A stretch of 46,887 bases of DNA from positions 1-46,887 of the forward strand of contig CDMY01000585.1 in NCBI GenBank assembly GCA_001179505.1, in the 5' to 3' direction. This DNA comes from Vitrella brassicaformis CCMP3155 (Eukaryota > Protista > Chromerida). The notes under the pieces were generated by a model that saw nothing but the letters and a program-made list of their open reading frames with translations, did no database searches and had not been told where the DNA came from. A program made the translations under genes and the position numbers. Positions 11,785-23,742 of this stretch are shown here, piece after piece (the stretch's first letter is position 1; each line of letters starts with the position of its first letter).

Positions 11785-12670
11785 GGTGTCGGGCACTGCT
11801 GCTGAAGGAGTTGGTGCCTCTACTGACGAGCCACCAGTATCATCAGCCGCGTCTTCCGCCAATGGTAACCATGACCAACACTTTTACTGCAGAAATACAA
11901 AATCATGCAGACACGCAGCTGTCTGTGTGTGTTGATTGACTTGCAGGTGCCCTCAGTGTATCGTCTGTCAATCAGCAGCAGCAGCAGCAGCAGCACGAGG
12001 GCGCCAGCCTTCGAGATGTGTTGGGCGCCGTGATGCCGAGGATTGCCCAACACGTGAGAAGCTACTCACAGGTGGCCTACTTCCGCCTTATCGACACCGT
12101 CCGCCAGCCGCCCATTTCCCCTGTGCGCCCCATCTCCCTCACGGCTAACGTCCTGCTGCCCATCCTCACCCGCCTGCTGCCCATTGTGGTGGCGTCACTC
12201 GGCCTCGGTGTGTTGGTGGAGGTGCCCATCCCTCAGCTCACCCAGGGTGTGGCTGTCACGGTGGCCACGAGGATGCTCATTGAACAGCTCAGCCGCTGGC
12301 TGTTCATGCTCGAGAGGGGCGGCAAGTGGGCCAGACGGAAACCTGTGCTGGAGATGCTGTATTTGCTGAGAGGCAGGAGGCCGCTAGTGCTGGATGACGA
12401 CAACTTCGGCGTGTTCGGCGATCGGACGGCCTTCATGTATGAGAGGGAGGCGGTCCGGCAGTGGAAGATACTCAGCTGGGGTGTCACTGTGGGAGACCAA
12501 CAGATGCGATTGATGGCGACAAGATTCTAGACTTCAGCGTCTGGCAGTATTGCCTTCCCACCCTCTTCACCACGGCCACCTCCCTCTTCCCTCATGCACC
12601 ATTCGACCACGCCGACCCGCCCACTCAGCTGAGAGACTGGACGTCCCCAACTACACATGCACGACAGGAA
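11785..12670 (+). pseudogene. Member of a lineage-expanded uncharacterised family (poly-Q, RRPLVLDDDNFGVF motif), frameshifted and truncated
   Basis: Exon near 11785-11865 plus exon from about 11947: QQQQQQQHEGASLRDVLGAVMPRIAQHVRSY...PVLEMLYLLRGRRPLVLDDDNFGVFGDRTAFMYEREAVRQWKILS. A frameshift near 12510 continues into DGDKILDF. Family recognised from memory of Vitrella hypothetical proteins; unverified. Confidence 0.6.
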
Positions 12671-12679
12671 GCCCATGAC

Positions 12680-12950
12680 GGTCTTTGTATGTGCCCCCCA
12701 GATGTGCCCTTCAACGAGACGATGCTCAAAGCTGAGGACATTCTCGATGACGGCCTCTACAGACGGGGCTTCGGCATTACCAAAGTGTCAGATTTTATTC
12801 CCCTGATTCAGTGCATCGCCCGCCATGTGCCGCTCTACCTGCTTAAGGGCAATCACGATGACACCATCCCGCAAACTCTCGTCGATAAGCTCTTTCCGCA
12901 CGAGAAGGGAGACGTGCTCTACCGCGACCATGAGATTGCCGACTTTCCGC

Positions 12951-12983
<33 letters not shown>

Positions 12984-14600
12984 CCCTTGATGACGTCTGT
13001 GTGTGTCTGGGGCGGGTGCCTGGTGCTGGATTTGGTTCACGGAGACATGTGGGACTTTATCAATGCAGACAACCCCAAACACCGGCAGAAGTTGGATCAC
13101 TATGGCTGTAGGAACGCCGCTTACAGGTGAGTGAGTGAGTGAGTGAGTGAGTGAGACACGCCAACACCTATGGGCGGGGAGCTTCTTATCGAGGCTGCTC
13201 TGTTCGGCACTCAGGCGGTGTTTCGGGGACTTGCGCAAGGAAGCTGAGGATTTTTTTTTTCAACCTCACGTGATAGATGAGGCCACCCCGCTTGGCACAC
13301 TGATTCAAGACATGGTTGCAGAGGTGGCCTTTGCCGAGACATCTGCACGCAACGGCGTCTGGGAGCAGACAGTGCCAAAGCAGTGGCGCCCGCCCAAGGG
13401 AAGCAAGGATGGAGACGCCTCGTACGTCCCGTACTTGATGACATTCAGTTGCAACACAGAAGCTCGTGATGTCTGTCTCACTGGTGTATATGCTCGTTGT
13501 CAATGCAGTGGGACGTCTACCCAGCTGTGTACTTGGAGACGTTACGAGCGATGCTCAACGTCATCCACCTTGACCCCACCATCAGCGACTACATCATGAA
13601 GCAGACGACCAGCAAGGCAGCCACGCGACGCCTCCTTAAAGAGAACCTCCTCAAGCAAGCGGGCCTGCCGAGCCATCACAGCGACGAGGAACTCAAGAAG
13701 CTCACGTACAAGGATGCGATGGACCCGGCTGAAAGGCACGTGATCAGAATAGGGGTTGGGAGTTGGCTCCTCCAAGAGGGAGGGGCGGCGGACGTCGGTT
13801 TCACCAAGGCCACTGTCTCTCTCTCTCTCTCTCTCTTTTCTCAGGCCTCTCGACAAGGAGCCCAGCATGTACGACATCCTGGAGGAGTACAGCAGCCTGG
13901 CGGACGACTTTGCTGCCAAGGGCTCGTGGATGAGCTGTCAGAAGCCGATGAGCACCAACATGATCCGGGAACTGATGGTAAAAACCACGATGACACTCAT
14001 TCATTGCCGGTAAACCATTGTCTCATCCATGCGCATCCCATCAGGTCGGCGTCAACTGCAACTACGAGTGGTTCATTCGCGAAGAGCCAGAGGCCCAGGT
14101 CGTGCTGGCCGGCCATTCCCACGCCATGTACCTTCGAAGCTTCGCTCGACACTAGCAGAAAACTTCCGCCGCAAAGAAACCCTCGCCAAACGTCGTGTAT
14201 GCCAATATGAACAGGCACCTGGCTTGCTTCCTCCGGCCCTAAGGTAGGGGGGAGCGCACACAAAGACAGGCAAACAGGCAGGCAGGCAGGCCGGCCAGAC
14301 AAGGCAAATTAATGTGTGTGTTGGTGAAGTTTGCGACCGTCGCATGTGTCTGCCTGCCAGACTTTCGTAGACGTGGAGTTTCTGACCAGAGACGACATGC
14401 CGGAGTCTGGAGAGGACCCTTTTGAGAAGATCACGTCAAGCGATGTGTGGTATCCGGCGCGGGTGTCCCTTTGGCGATTTGACAACGGCAGTCCGAAGCT
14501 GGTTGCGTGGGCTCACACAGACGCGTATCACGAGCAGTCGGACCACATGGCACTGGACAACGCGCTTGGCGCGCTGGAGCCCTCCTTCGAGGGGTTCTGA
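12680..14600 (+). pseudogene. Calcineurin-like metallophosphoesterase, LpxH/YbbF-like, intron-containing and disrupted
   Basis: Motifs in order: GNHD 12848-12859, HGDxxD from 13038, GHSH 14111-14122, and YAN-TGTW split by a 4-bp insertion (atga 14207-14210). In-frame TAG at 14153-14155. The N-terminal DxH and GD motifs are missing. The last exon ends with TGA at 14600. Confidence 0.8.
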
Positions 14601-15499
14601 CTGGCAGCAGAAGGGACGGCTGCGACAGTCAAGAAGAGACGGCTGCACATGAAATGAGACACGAACGATCATCGCGGGAAAATGACATCAATCAATGGCG
14701 AATGCGCATGAATGGCAATTCACTCACATCCATCGATCAATTCTGTCTGTCTCACGGAAAACCCAAAGACTGACAACTGGTGTTCGATCGGTCGACGAAG
14801 TTCGTCTAACCATCAGTTCGGATCAAACAAACAAGAGGGGACACAACCGTGCATAGCCAATGAACAAACGCTCATTGACTGCAAACATATGCATGTCGCA
14901 CACTGCAAACAAGCTCGAGACATGTACCACAATAGACACACAGAAACACACACACACACACACACACCACATACAGAACCAGCCAGCCACCTCACAGCCC
15001 CGAAGCGGGGCTGGTCTCACGGAATTGTTTTTGGCACATGGCGAAAGGATACAATAATGACTGTCACCGCCCAAACATCCATATACTCCCTCTGCTTAGA
15101 ACTTGACATGAGCTGTACAAGGATCGACCATCATTGCTCTACAAATTGGAAAGTAGCTCTCCTCGAGGTCTGTATTGGCGTGCCATGATCCAATAGCCTC
15201 AAAATTGTAAAACACTGCTTTATACGGGCGATTGCCGACCGTGGCGCAAAATCAGAAAAAGTGTTGGTAATGTGAAAGGGTATTGCGACGGAGTGGTGAG
15301 AAATGTTGCGTGCTGACTCACCCTTTGAAAACAGAGGGGCCCTCGACGTTCAAAATAAAGGGAAGGTGAGTCGCTACAATCGCGACACTAGTGAAGGCCC
15401 TTTAGCCCTTCGTCATTTGTCAATGACACATGACTGTACCTGTGGCGGGTGTCTTGGTCCGTCTTGAATCAAGTGACATAATGTCACAGAAGTCAACAG

Positions 15500-17444
15500 G
15501 ATCAGCGCCCAATGGCTCATGTATGTGTTTGTGTCTGCCTCGCTCACAGCTGAGACACAGCGGCAGAGTGGTCATTCAGTGCAGCCCTATGGAGGGCCGT
15601 ATCGCCGGTCTGTGTGTCATGCGCACATGGGAAGGCAATCGAGCAGATAAGAGCCCTGGCATGTCAGGCTAACGTTATCTTGCTTGGTGAGAAGCTTTGT
15701 TCCTCCCCCTTTGGCAAACAGCAACTGCATCACATCGACGTTACCATACGCGGCAGCTAAGATGAATGGCGTCCAGCCACACTGCAATCAACACACACAC
15801 ACACACAAGGGGCACACTGAGGTGTCACATGTGTGTCCTCTGTTAGCTCGTCGAGTGCATCGATCATTTTGCTATCCCACGCCAGCAGCTGATTGACGAC
15901 AACAAGACTGCCCTCCCTGACTGCAAAGTGCAGGGCAGTGCCGCCAGACTGCATTCCATCACACCCAGCACACATCTCATCACCGGCGGCACACCACAAG
16001 ATGGTTTGGCTGTGTTGGTACCCCATCTGTTTGCTGAAGTACGTCAGGTTTGCTCTCCTACATGACCTTCATGATGCCGACGTGACCATACTGTACAGCC
16101 GCGATGAAAGGCGTCCGCTGCAGGAATAAATGAGAACACACAGACCACTGAGTGCACCTGGGTGTATTTCTCTCGTCTTCACGATTGCACACCTTCCAGG
16201 GGAATTCGTCGTCTTGTGAGTCGAGTATGTCCTTGCCCTGCACATCGATCAGACGATGAACGGACTGCACGTCGTTGGCCTTGACGGCCTCGAACACGTC
16301 CATCTGCCTACAACCAGCATGTAAATAACCCCGTTGGCGCGAGCTGCTTTGTATAGTGGGTGGGTCACTTGGCCGCTCACGTATTTCTGCATGATGTCTC
16401 TGATCTTCCGGTTGTGCTTCGCCAAGTCCCACGGGGTCCCTCCCTGTTGCCATGAGATGAGATGAGCACATGACTCAACCACTGAAAATGTGAATGTCTG
16501 TCTGCACTCACCAGTCTGCTTTTGATGTCGAGCAGAGCACCGCCGCCCCACTCCAGCCTTTGGGATTGGCGCAACAAGGGTAAGGACAGTGTGAATCAGA
16601 TATTGGCGTCAATCCATCTGTCTCGCTCACAGCTGAGACACAGCGGCAGAGTGGTCATGCAGCGCAGCACTATGGAGGGCCGTACTGCCCATCTGTGTGT
16701 GTCATGCGCACATGGAAAGGCAATGAGGCCATGAGAGGGGCACTTTCTCTTCTCCTTCTCCTCGCACCTTGTCTGTCCCTGTGAGCAGGGCCTGCTTATC
16801 CTCCCTTTTAGCATACAGTGCCATCATTACATTGACATGACCAAACGCGGCAGCCTTCATGAATGGCGTGTACCCAGCCTGCGATCAATACACACACACA
16901 CACACAATCGACACACTGAGGCGTCAGAGATGCGTGTGTGATCTGTTACATCGGTGCGTCCATCGATCAGTTTTGGATCCCACTCCAGCACTTGATTGAC
17001 GGCCGCGAGACAGCCATGCCTGGCAGCGAAGTGCAGAGCAGAGTAGTCATACTGCATCCCATCACAATCAATACATCTCGTTATCACCAGCAGCACACAC
17101 GATGGTTTGGCTGTGTTAGCACCTTGTCTGTTTGCTGCAGTACGTCAGGTTTGCTCTCATACATGACCTTCATGATGCCGAAATTCCCCAATCCTGCAGC
17201 CAACAAAAAGAACGTGATTTCTGCGTCCCAGTCCCAGCCCTGCGGGAATGGACACAGACACACAGACCAGTCAGTGCATTTCTGTCGTCTTCTTCGCCGC
17301 GTACTTCGCATTTGTCTCGTTTGTTGAGGATTTCGTTGCCGTGTACATCGATCAGATTACGACCAGCATACGAATACCCCCGTCAGCGCGAGTGTTTGAT
17401 GGTGGGTGGGTCATTTAGCCGCTCACGAATTTCCATTTCTGCAT
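15500..17444 (-). pseudogene. Ankyrin-repeat gene built from two ~1.08-kb duplicated multi-exon blocks, degenerate
   Basis: Exons include MDVFEAVKANDVQSVHRLI, RTPFIAAVQYGHVGIMKVM, GTALHFAVREGSLVVVNQLL, SALHFAARHGCLAAVNQVL, GSTALHSAALHDHSAAVSQL and GTPWDLA. 15541 aligns with about 16624. TAG at 16058-16060 corresponds to TAT in the other block. There is a deletion near 17360. Confidence 0.85.
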
Positions 17445-18106
17445 GATTGATGGTTTGACTGACTGGGGCTTCCCTCGGGTCCTCAGTGCCGCGCGGGGGA
17501 TGAAGGAAAAAAGGAGAGGGGGGAGAACAACAAGGAAGCAACTCGCGCGATCACCGTAAAACAAATCATTTCCATTAATTCTAAAAAATGACCGCAAGAC
17601 GATGAAGCACCCCTCTGTGAAAGAGCGGACCGACGAAAGAGTGATCCCCTGGCCATGCATGGAGAAATACAGACATTTTGATGCCATGTTCTGAGATGAA
17701 CCGTTCTCGATGGCCATTTGTGATGAAAAGGTGAGTTTGCTTTGTCTCACTATGTAAACGGAAGAGCAGTTGCTTCCCGCTTGCGAGGCAGCAAAGGCCC
17801 ATTGGTGACTCACAGGAGGGTAAGTTGAGTCATCTGAGACATCTGATGACATTCATCCAGCCCAACACACGTTTCTGCGGAGCTGATGTGATCGGCAAGT
17901 CTCCCTCCTCTGCCTTCGGCTCCCCTCCCCTCACGCCCACCCGCCCACCCACCCACTCATCCACCCACCCACCCATCGCGCGAGCGATTTGATGATCATT
18001 TCGTGTTGATCATTTCGCCAGGAACTTTGACCGATTCATGGCGTGCTTGCTGTCTGGTCTGCTGTTCATGCCTTTTCTGGCGTCGTGGGCCAAAAGTTCC
18101 ATGGGC

Positions 18107-18144
18107 TGCGACCTGAACTCCTTTGCAAAATAGTTCAGGTCGCA
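18107..18144. other. Perfect 13-bp inverted repeat (hairpin)
   Basis: tgcgacctgaact (18107-18119), a 12-nt loop containing tttgcaaa, then agttcaggtcgca (18132-18144). Confidence 0.9.
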
Positions 18145-18715
18145 TCACTAGTTGGTGGATCCGGAGGCTGAATCAGACACTCAACAGACACCCAAGGGCC
18201 TCGCAGCCACGTCCGCAGGCGGATCCAATGAGTGAGTGAATGGACGGTTTTTCCTCATTTCAGAGCCGTTTTGAGCGGGGGAAAGAGGCGTCAGTGTGAT
18301 GGAGGGTGGCTCTGGTGAGTCATTCGCGGCGAGAAACCCAGCAAGAAAACAAGCAGAAGCTTAAGATAAACCAAACACTTTTTTGTGTGTGTGAACATGT
18401 GTAAACCAATCAAACGTCTAAAGCAATCGGCCCTGTACTGATTGCTTTAGGCGATACTTACTGCCTTCGATGTGTACTGTTCCCTGTCTGTTTCCCTTCA
18501 GTAGGTTGGTTGCCACAGCATACGTGATTGTCTTGCATGCGTCCGTCCGTCGATTGCCGACACACAAATGGATTCACTGTTCGTTGCGTGCGTACGTTCT
18601 TCGGTTTGGATGTGAGAGAGCGGAATTGGCTGATGCCGTGTGTATCACACATACGTACAAGTATCCGCTGACACGCAAGCACACTCACTGTACAGAGCCC
18701 CATGCCCTGAACGTG

Positions 18716-21699
18716 TCACTGGCCCACACGAGCACCAGTCTCCTCCGCACGTCCCGCCTCTCTGTTGTCTGCTGGTGATGGGAGCGGACCGTTCGGCACC
18801 GACGGCAGGTCGTTCAACAGCTGCTCCACCCTGCTCAACACATAAACAGCACATAGACAGGCTCATGAGTACGCACACACACGGTAGGTATGTGAGCATG
18901 TGCACGTACCTCTGCTGTTTGTTGTCTGGCGCTTCCTGCCTTTGCGCGGCCTTGTCTTTGTGTTTGTCTTGAATGGATAGCTCGGCGAGCAGATCGGCAT
19001 ACTCTGACTCGAGCGCATCGTCAGTCGCCTACAAGGACACCCACACACCCACACGGACACATGCGAACGATCGATGTGCCTGCATGCATCTCTGACTCAC
19101 TCACCCCAGCTGCAGCGAGCCGTGCGTCGGTTCCTGCCGAGAAGGCCGCACTCACCTCAGCCAAATCGTCCTATCGTAATGCGCAGACACAGGTGAGACG
19201 CGTCCAGATCGACCGACAGACACGAATGTCCATACCTGTACATCTGCAGCGTTGTCCATGGCAGTCATGACGCGATCGCGGTCACTGACGGTGGAAAAAC
19301 AGACCGATAGACATACAGGCGAATACATGTGGTGACACCTGCACGTACGTCGCAGTCACTCACATGGTGCTTGCAGTGGCTTGTGTGGTCGTCTCCAGCA
19401 TGGCCGTCACGGTGCTCAGCGACACCGCGGCATCACGCTGCAACATGCACTGAGACACCTGCACACACACACAGCAACAGGAGTGCTACGTATGTGGGAC
19501 GGGAATGCGATCATTTATGTGTGTGAGTGAGGTGTGGGAACAGTACGGTGAGCAGTTGATTTTTGATTTTGGTCAGTTCCGCTGCGATCATGTTGCGACG
19601 CTTCAACTCGACCAGGGCCACTGCATGACACTCATACGTGCCGCATGTGCCGCATGGATGTAAGCAGACACATATGGAAGCGTTGCGTACGCTGCTTGTC
19701 GTATTTGAGCAGCCTGCGGCAGTTGGCGTCCACCTCAGTCCACCTGACACCCACAATGAAACCATATACACGCGATATGCCCCGTTGCGGATCATGTGAT
19801 AACATATCGTTGTGAGGCGATACTTGTTGAGCAGCTTCTTCTCCCTCTGTTTGAGTTTGTCCTCGACGTATCGCTCGATCAGGAGAGCACGGCCGTGGTC
19901 ACTCAGCGACATCGTTGCTGCCTGCACACGAACGAAGGTGCAAATACGTATCACCCGAATTCCCTCCTTAACGGCCCATACGTTGTCGGCTCACTTTGTG
20001 CTTGTCTGAGCTTGTGTGCAGGGCGACTTTGACAGCCTGACCACACACAGAAGACGTGCACAAAATGTGCTTTCATCTGTGAAGTTGCAAGTGCTCACAT
20101 CGATGACGGCTCCCTGTCCAGCACTGACACGCACAGCAAGGCTGCTCCTGGAAACATACGCATTCATTCGTTCGTTCATTCCCGTATGGACGGCGATTCG
20201 CGATGGTGCGTACTTGTACTTGACGAGGTACCACACGAAGATCTCCAAATGCTCGGCCATGGTGCACGTGCTGTTCTGACGATCGCTGCCCACTCCCTGC
20301 ACACACATATACACATGCATCCCCTCGTGTGTGACACATTCATGTATACACACATCGATACGTACATGGTGTGTGAGGAACTTGCGTATGTCGTCGCGTG
20401 AGAGCAGGATGGCTTTGCCCTCGCCGTCCGTCAGCAGAGAGTCCGACCACTCGCAGCAACGGTCCTGTGCGCCACAACACAACACAACAACAACACAACA
20501 CAACGCAACGCAATACATACGCGCGCATCATATTTTGGTGCGTATGGATGGGTGGGTGCATTGCCTACCGTGGAGGCGAGTAGGTCTGCTTCGAGCCCCT
20601 GAGCAAGCTCCTGCGCACACGACAAATACACGCATACACAATGGACAGTACGCGCCCAGTATCTCTCTCTGCTACTCATGATTACGACTTGCATATACCT
20701 CAAGCACACTGATGACCACCATCCGCTCACTTTCGTCCACCGTGACACGGCTATCCCGGCTCGTATGGCCACTCTGTAGGTATGCAAGAATGTACAACAC
20801 ACAATATGTGCAGATATCAATCGCACGTGTGCCCATGCGTACCACGTATGAAGCAGCAGCGGTGATAATGCCAAGTCCTCCGAAGACAACGTGACTCGTC
20901 ACACCTGGTGAAGATGCGCACATCAGCCCTCCCTCCCTCCCTCCCTCCCTCCCCTCTGCGTGCAAAGATGTCCACAAACATACCAGCGATCGAGCGCATC
21001 AGCGACGGCTGAGGCGCTGCATCTCCCGGCTGCCAGTGCTTGGGTTGCTGCACATACACGTATTGCGCGCAATCATGGCGATCGCATAAATGAATGAACG
21101 AATGTGTGGTGCATGTATGGGCACCGATTCGGGCAAGGCGGTTGACATGGGTACGATGCTCCTATCCCGACAGAGGCGCGCCAAGAGAGCCGGCAGGCCT
21201 GGCGGTGGTGTGCATACGCATCTGCACCCTGCCTCAAGTATGTGCTTAGATGTCTGCTTACCCTGCGGCACGATGGGGAACTTCTCTCTGTGCTGTTTAA
21301 ACAGCTGCACCAGCTGCTTGGCAGATATTGCCAGAGAGGACCTGCACGCGCCATGCAAAGCACCACGCCACACAAAAAGATGGGCGCACGTGATTGTTAA
21401 AGGGTCGTCTGCGTACTTGCATTTGACCACGCTCTCCACGCCGCGCTGCCAATACGCCACCATTGCCTGCTCGTGGGGCTTTGGACACCAACCACAAAGA
21501 CACATACGCACACATGCACTCATGGCCGAACGCATTCATGTACAGATCTGCCATGCCGGCTTCACCGAAGTGCAAGCAGGCGCACCTTGTCATTGAACGT
21601 GCCGAATATTTCCTGCAGGTGCGATGGCTCGTCGCAGCCAAAGGCGCCGTACACATCATCCATCGACGTGGGCTGTCTGCGCGAGGAGGAAGAATCCAT
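18716..21699 (-). CDS. CHMP7: CHMP7-like ESCRT-II/III hybrid protein, many short exons
   Basis: The N-terminal region EIFGTFNDK|PHEQAMVAYWQRGVESVV...KQLVQLF...PQGLPALLARLCRDRSIVP fits the CHMP7 winged-helix pattern. The Snf7 domain reads VDANCRRLLKYDKQ..ALVELKRRNMIAAELTKIKNQLLT|VSQCMLQRDAAVSLSTV...DRDRVMTAMDNAADVQ|DDLAEVS...DDALESEYADLLAEL...LLNDLPSVP, ending at TGA 18716-18718. The junctions checked are in phase. Confidence 0.8.
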
Positions 21700-22054
21700 G
21701 TGCTGAATCGGAGCCTTGAGGACGTCTCGTCCGGTGGCGTAGGATCCCCCGAGCGGCTCGCGTGAGCGGTGAGGACTCCATCGGGAGTGCGCACCGCCGG
21801 GCGATCCTGGCCCAGATGACGGCTCGTGTTTGGCGCGTCCACGTCAACCGGTGGACGGTGGATGATGTTTTGGTTTCCCACTCGCCAGCTCCCCTCTGCA
21901 GAGGTTCCGCCTGGGCGTTTCTCACGGTGATCTGTCGCTAGCTGAGAGCTACTCACCATCGCATTGCGGCTCGGCGTGCGGCATTCGCATCCCCAGGACG
22001 GCAGGAGACGGCCAGCCCGGGGATCGGATGTCGCGCAGACATGCCGCTGCCTAT

Positions 22055-23153
22055 ACATATATGTCATCATGGTTGGTCCCATTGTATCCACGCTTCGTTA
22101 TGTTGGCGATTGGTGCGATGTTGGCCATGGCTCAGTGCAGTGGGCCGAGCTATTTGCTACCGGTTACACGGAGCTCGTAGCTTGCAGCCTTCGCATGACC
22201 ATGACGGACAGCTCACCATCGCCCTGGGCATCGTGCACAGTGACACAGGTACATACGCACACCACATGCTCACTCCTACATGGACATACATCGCTCTCCT
22301 ATGTTGACATGGCTGCAGAGTGCTCTCGGTGTCTGTCCATGATGGCATGTGATTGGGCTGCCTTTGTCCTGACGTCGTGTACATCTCATTGGTATGGATC
22401 TTCATCCCACCTACTGACTGGCCACGACCATACCCACTTCTGGCTTGTGTGACCTCTGATGGTGTGTGCAGGCTGTGATGTGGTTACCTATGGTCGTGGA
22501 CGTGTATGGGATGGCTGAGACACACAGACTGCCTACTGGTGGTACGCACCGACACACGTGATGCGTTCCATCCACCACACCACTTACTGTGTGCCTCTGG
22601 TGATTCAGGTCTACGTGTACAGTGACACTTGGTTGGTTTGTTACTGCCTGCGGGGACTACACCTACCTCATGTGGTATGTCATTCGCACACACACCGTCT
22701 GACATACCCACCACCACTCACCTCTCTCTCTCTCTCTCTCTCTCTGTGTGGGCGTGTGTGTGTGTGGTGGCTCAGGGTGTTTTGGTTCTCGGTTCAGTAG
22801 CGTGTTGGGTGACTGACTGGGCATACCTACACGCCTTCACCGGTACGTCACATACACCACCACCCTACCCACTCACCTCACCTCTCCATCCTCACTCACC
22901 TTTGCTGTGTGTGGCTGGTGTTTCGTTTGTGTGTGGTGGTGGTGCAGTTTCGTGTTTGACCTTCGATGGACCGATTCCTGCTGTCTACACCGTTATATAC
23001 GACACTTTGCCGTTGACCGTTAACGTTGACTCCGCCTTCGGCTCTCGACAAACGTTCACACACGGCATCGACATCGACATACTCACGGTCGACATCGGAC
23101 ACGCAGCGACTGGAGATTTGAATACCTTTCAGAGACAACTCACTTCAAGTTGA
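22055..23153 (+). CDS. Possible multi-exon gene of unknown function (may be degenerate)
   Basis: Hydrophobic N-terminus MSSWLVPLYPRFVMLAIGAMLAMAQC, several GT-AG-bounded exon-like blocks, and a final exon VSCLTFDGPIPAVYTVIYDTLPLTVNVD...* at 23153. I could not build a continuous frame. Confidence 0.35.
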
Positions 23154-23742
23154 TTTCGTTAATTTGTTTCATTCTTTGACAATTGCATTCACCTGTAAGG
23201 AGTTCTCCGCATCCCTCCCTTCTGAAGTAGCGGGCGACCAGAACATCATAGGCACGGCGGGAACACAATCACAAACACAAAAAGCGCACCACACGTCCTG
23301 TGTCGGCTGTCCCCCCAACACGTAGCACACAAAGGCAAGCTCTGGGTTGTTTTCTGGTGTATGACCTCTGCGTGCCTTCTCCGATGCGCTCGTCGTCCCG
23401 GTTTCCTTTTCGCCGACGTTTTCCGAGGTAAACTATCAGGCCACGGCTTTTTCAGCGCAATGCATCCCGTAGAGAGCCTCTAAGAGAGGGCTGCATCAAG
23501 AGATCATGCTTCTCTTAGGCCCTGTCTTGAGAGGCCCGGAGACAAACCAAAAGGTAAACACCCTCAATGCCACGCGGCCAGTTGAATCAAGAAAAAACTC
23601 AGACAAACGGCGAATCCAACTACAAGTTCTGCATCTCCTATGTATCAGAAAACCCAAGTACTTGGTACCTCTACAGGGCTCACGGATCCTGGCCACAGAA
23701 AGGGCCAAAAAACACAGAGCTCTATGCCACATCGACAGCTAA

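Noticed and set aside
21297-22091. 264-aa minus-strand ORF upstream of and overlapping CHMP7
   Set aside because: It crosses introns and changes frame relative to the CHMP7 exons; no domain recognised.
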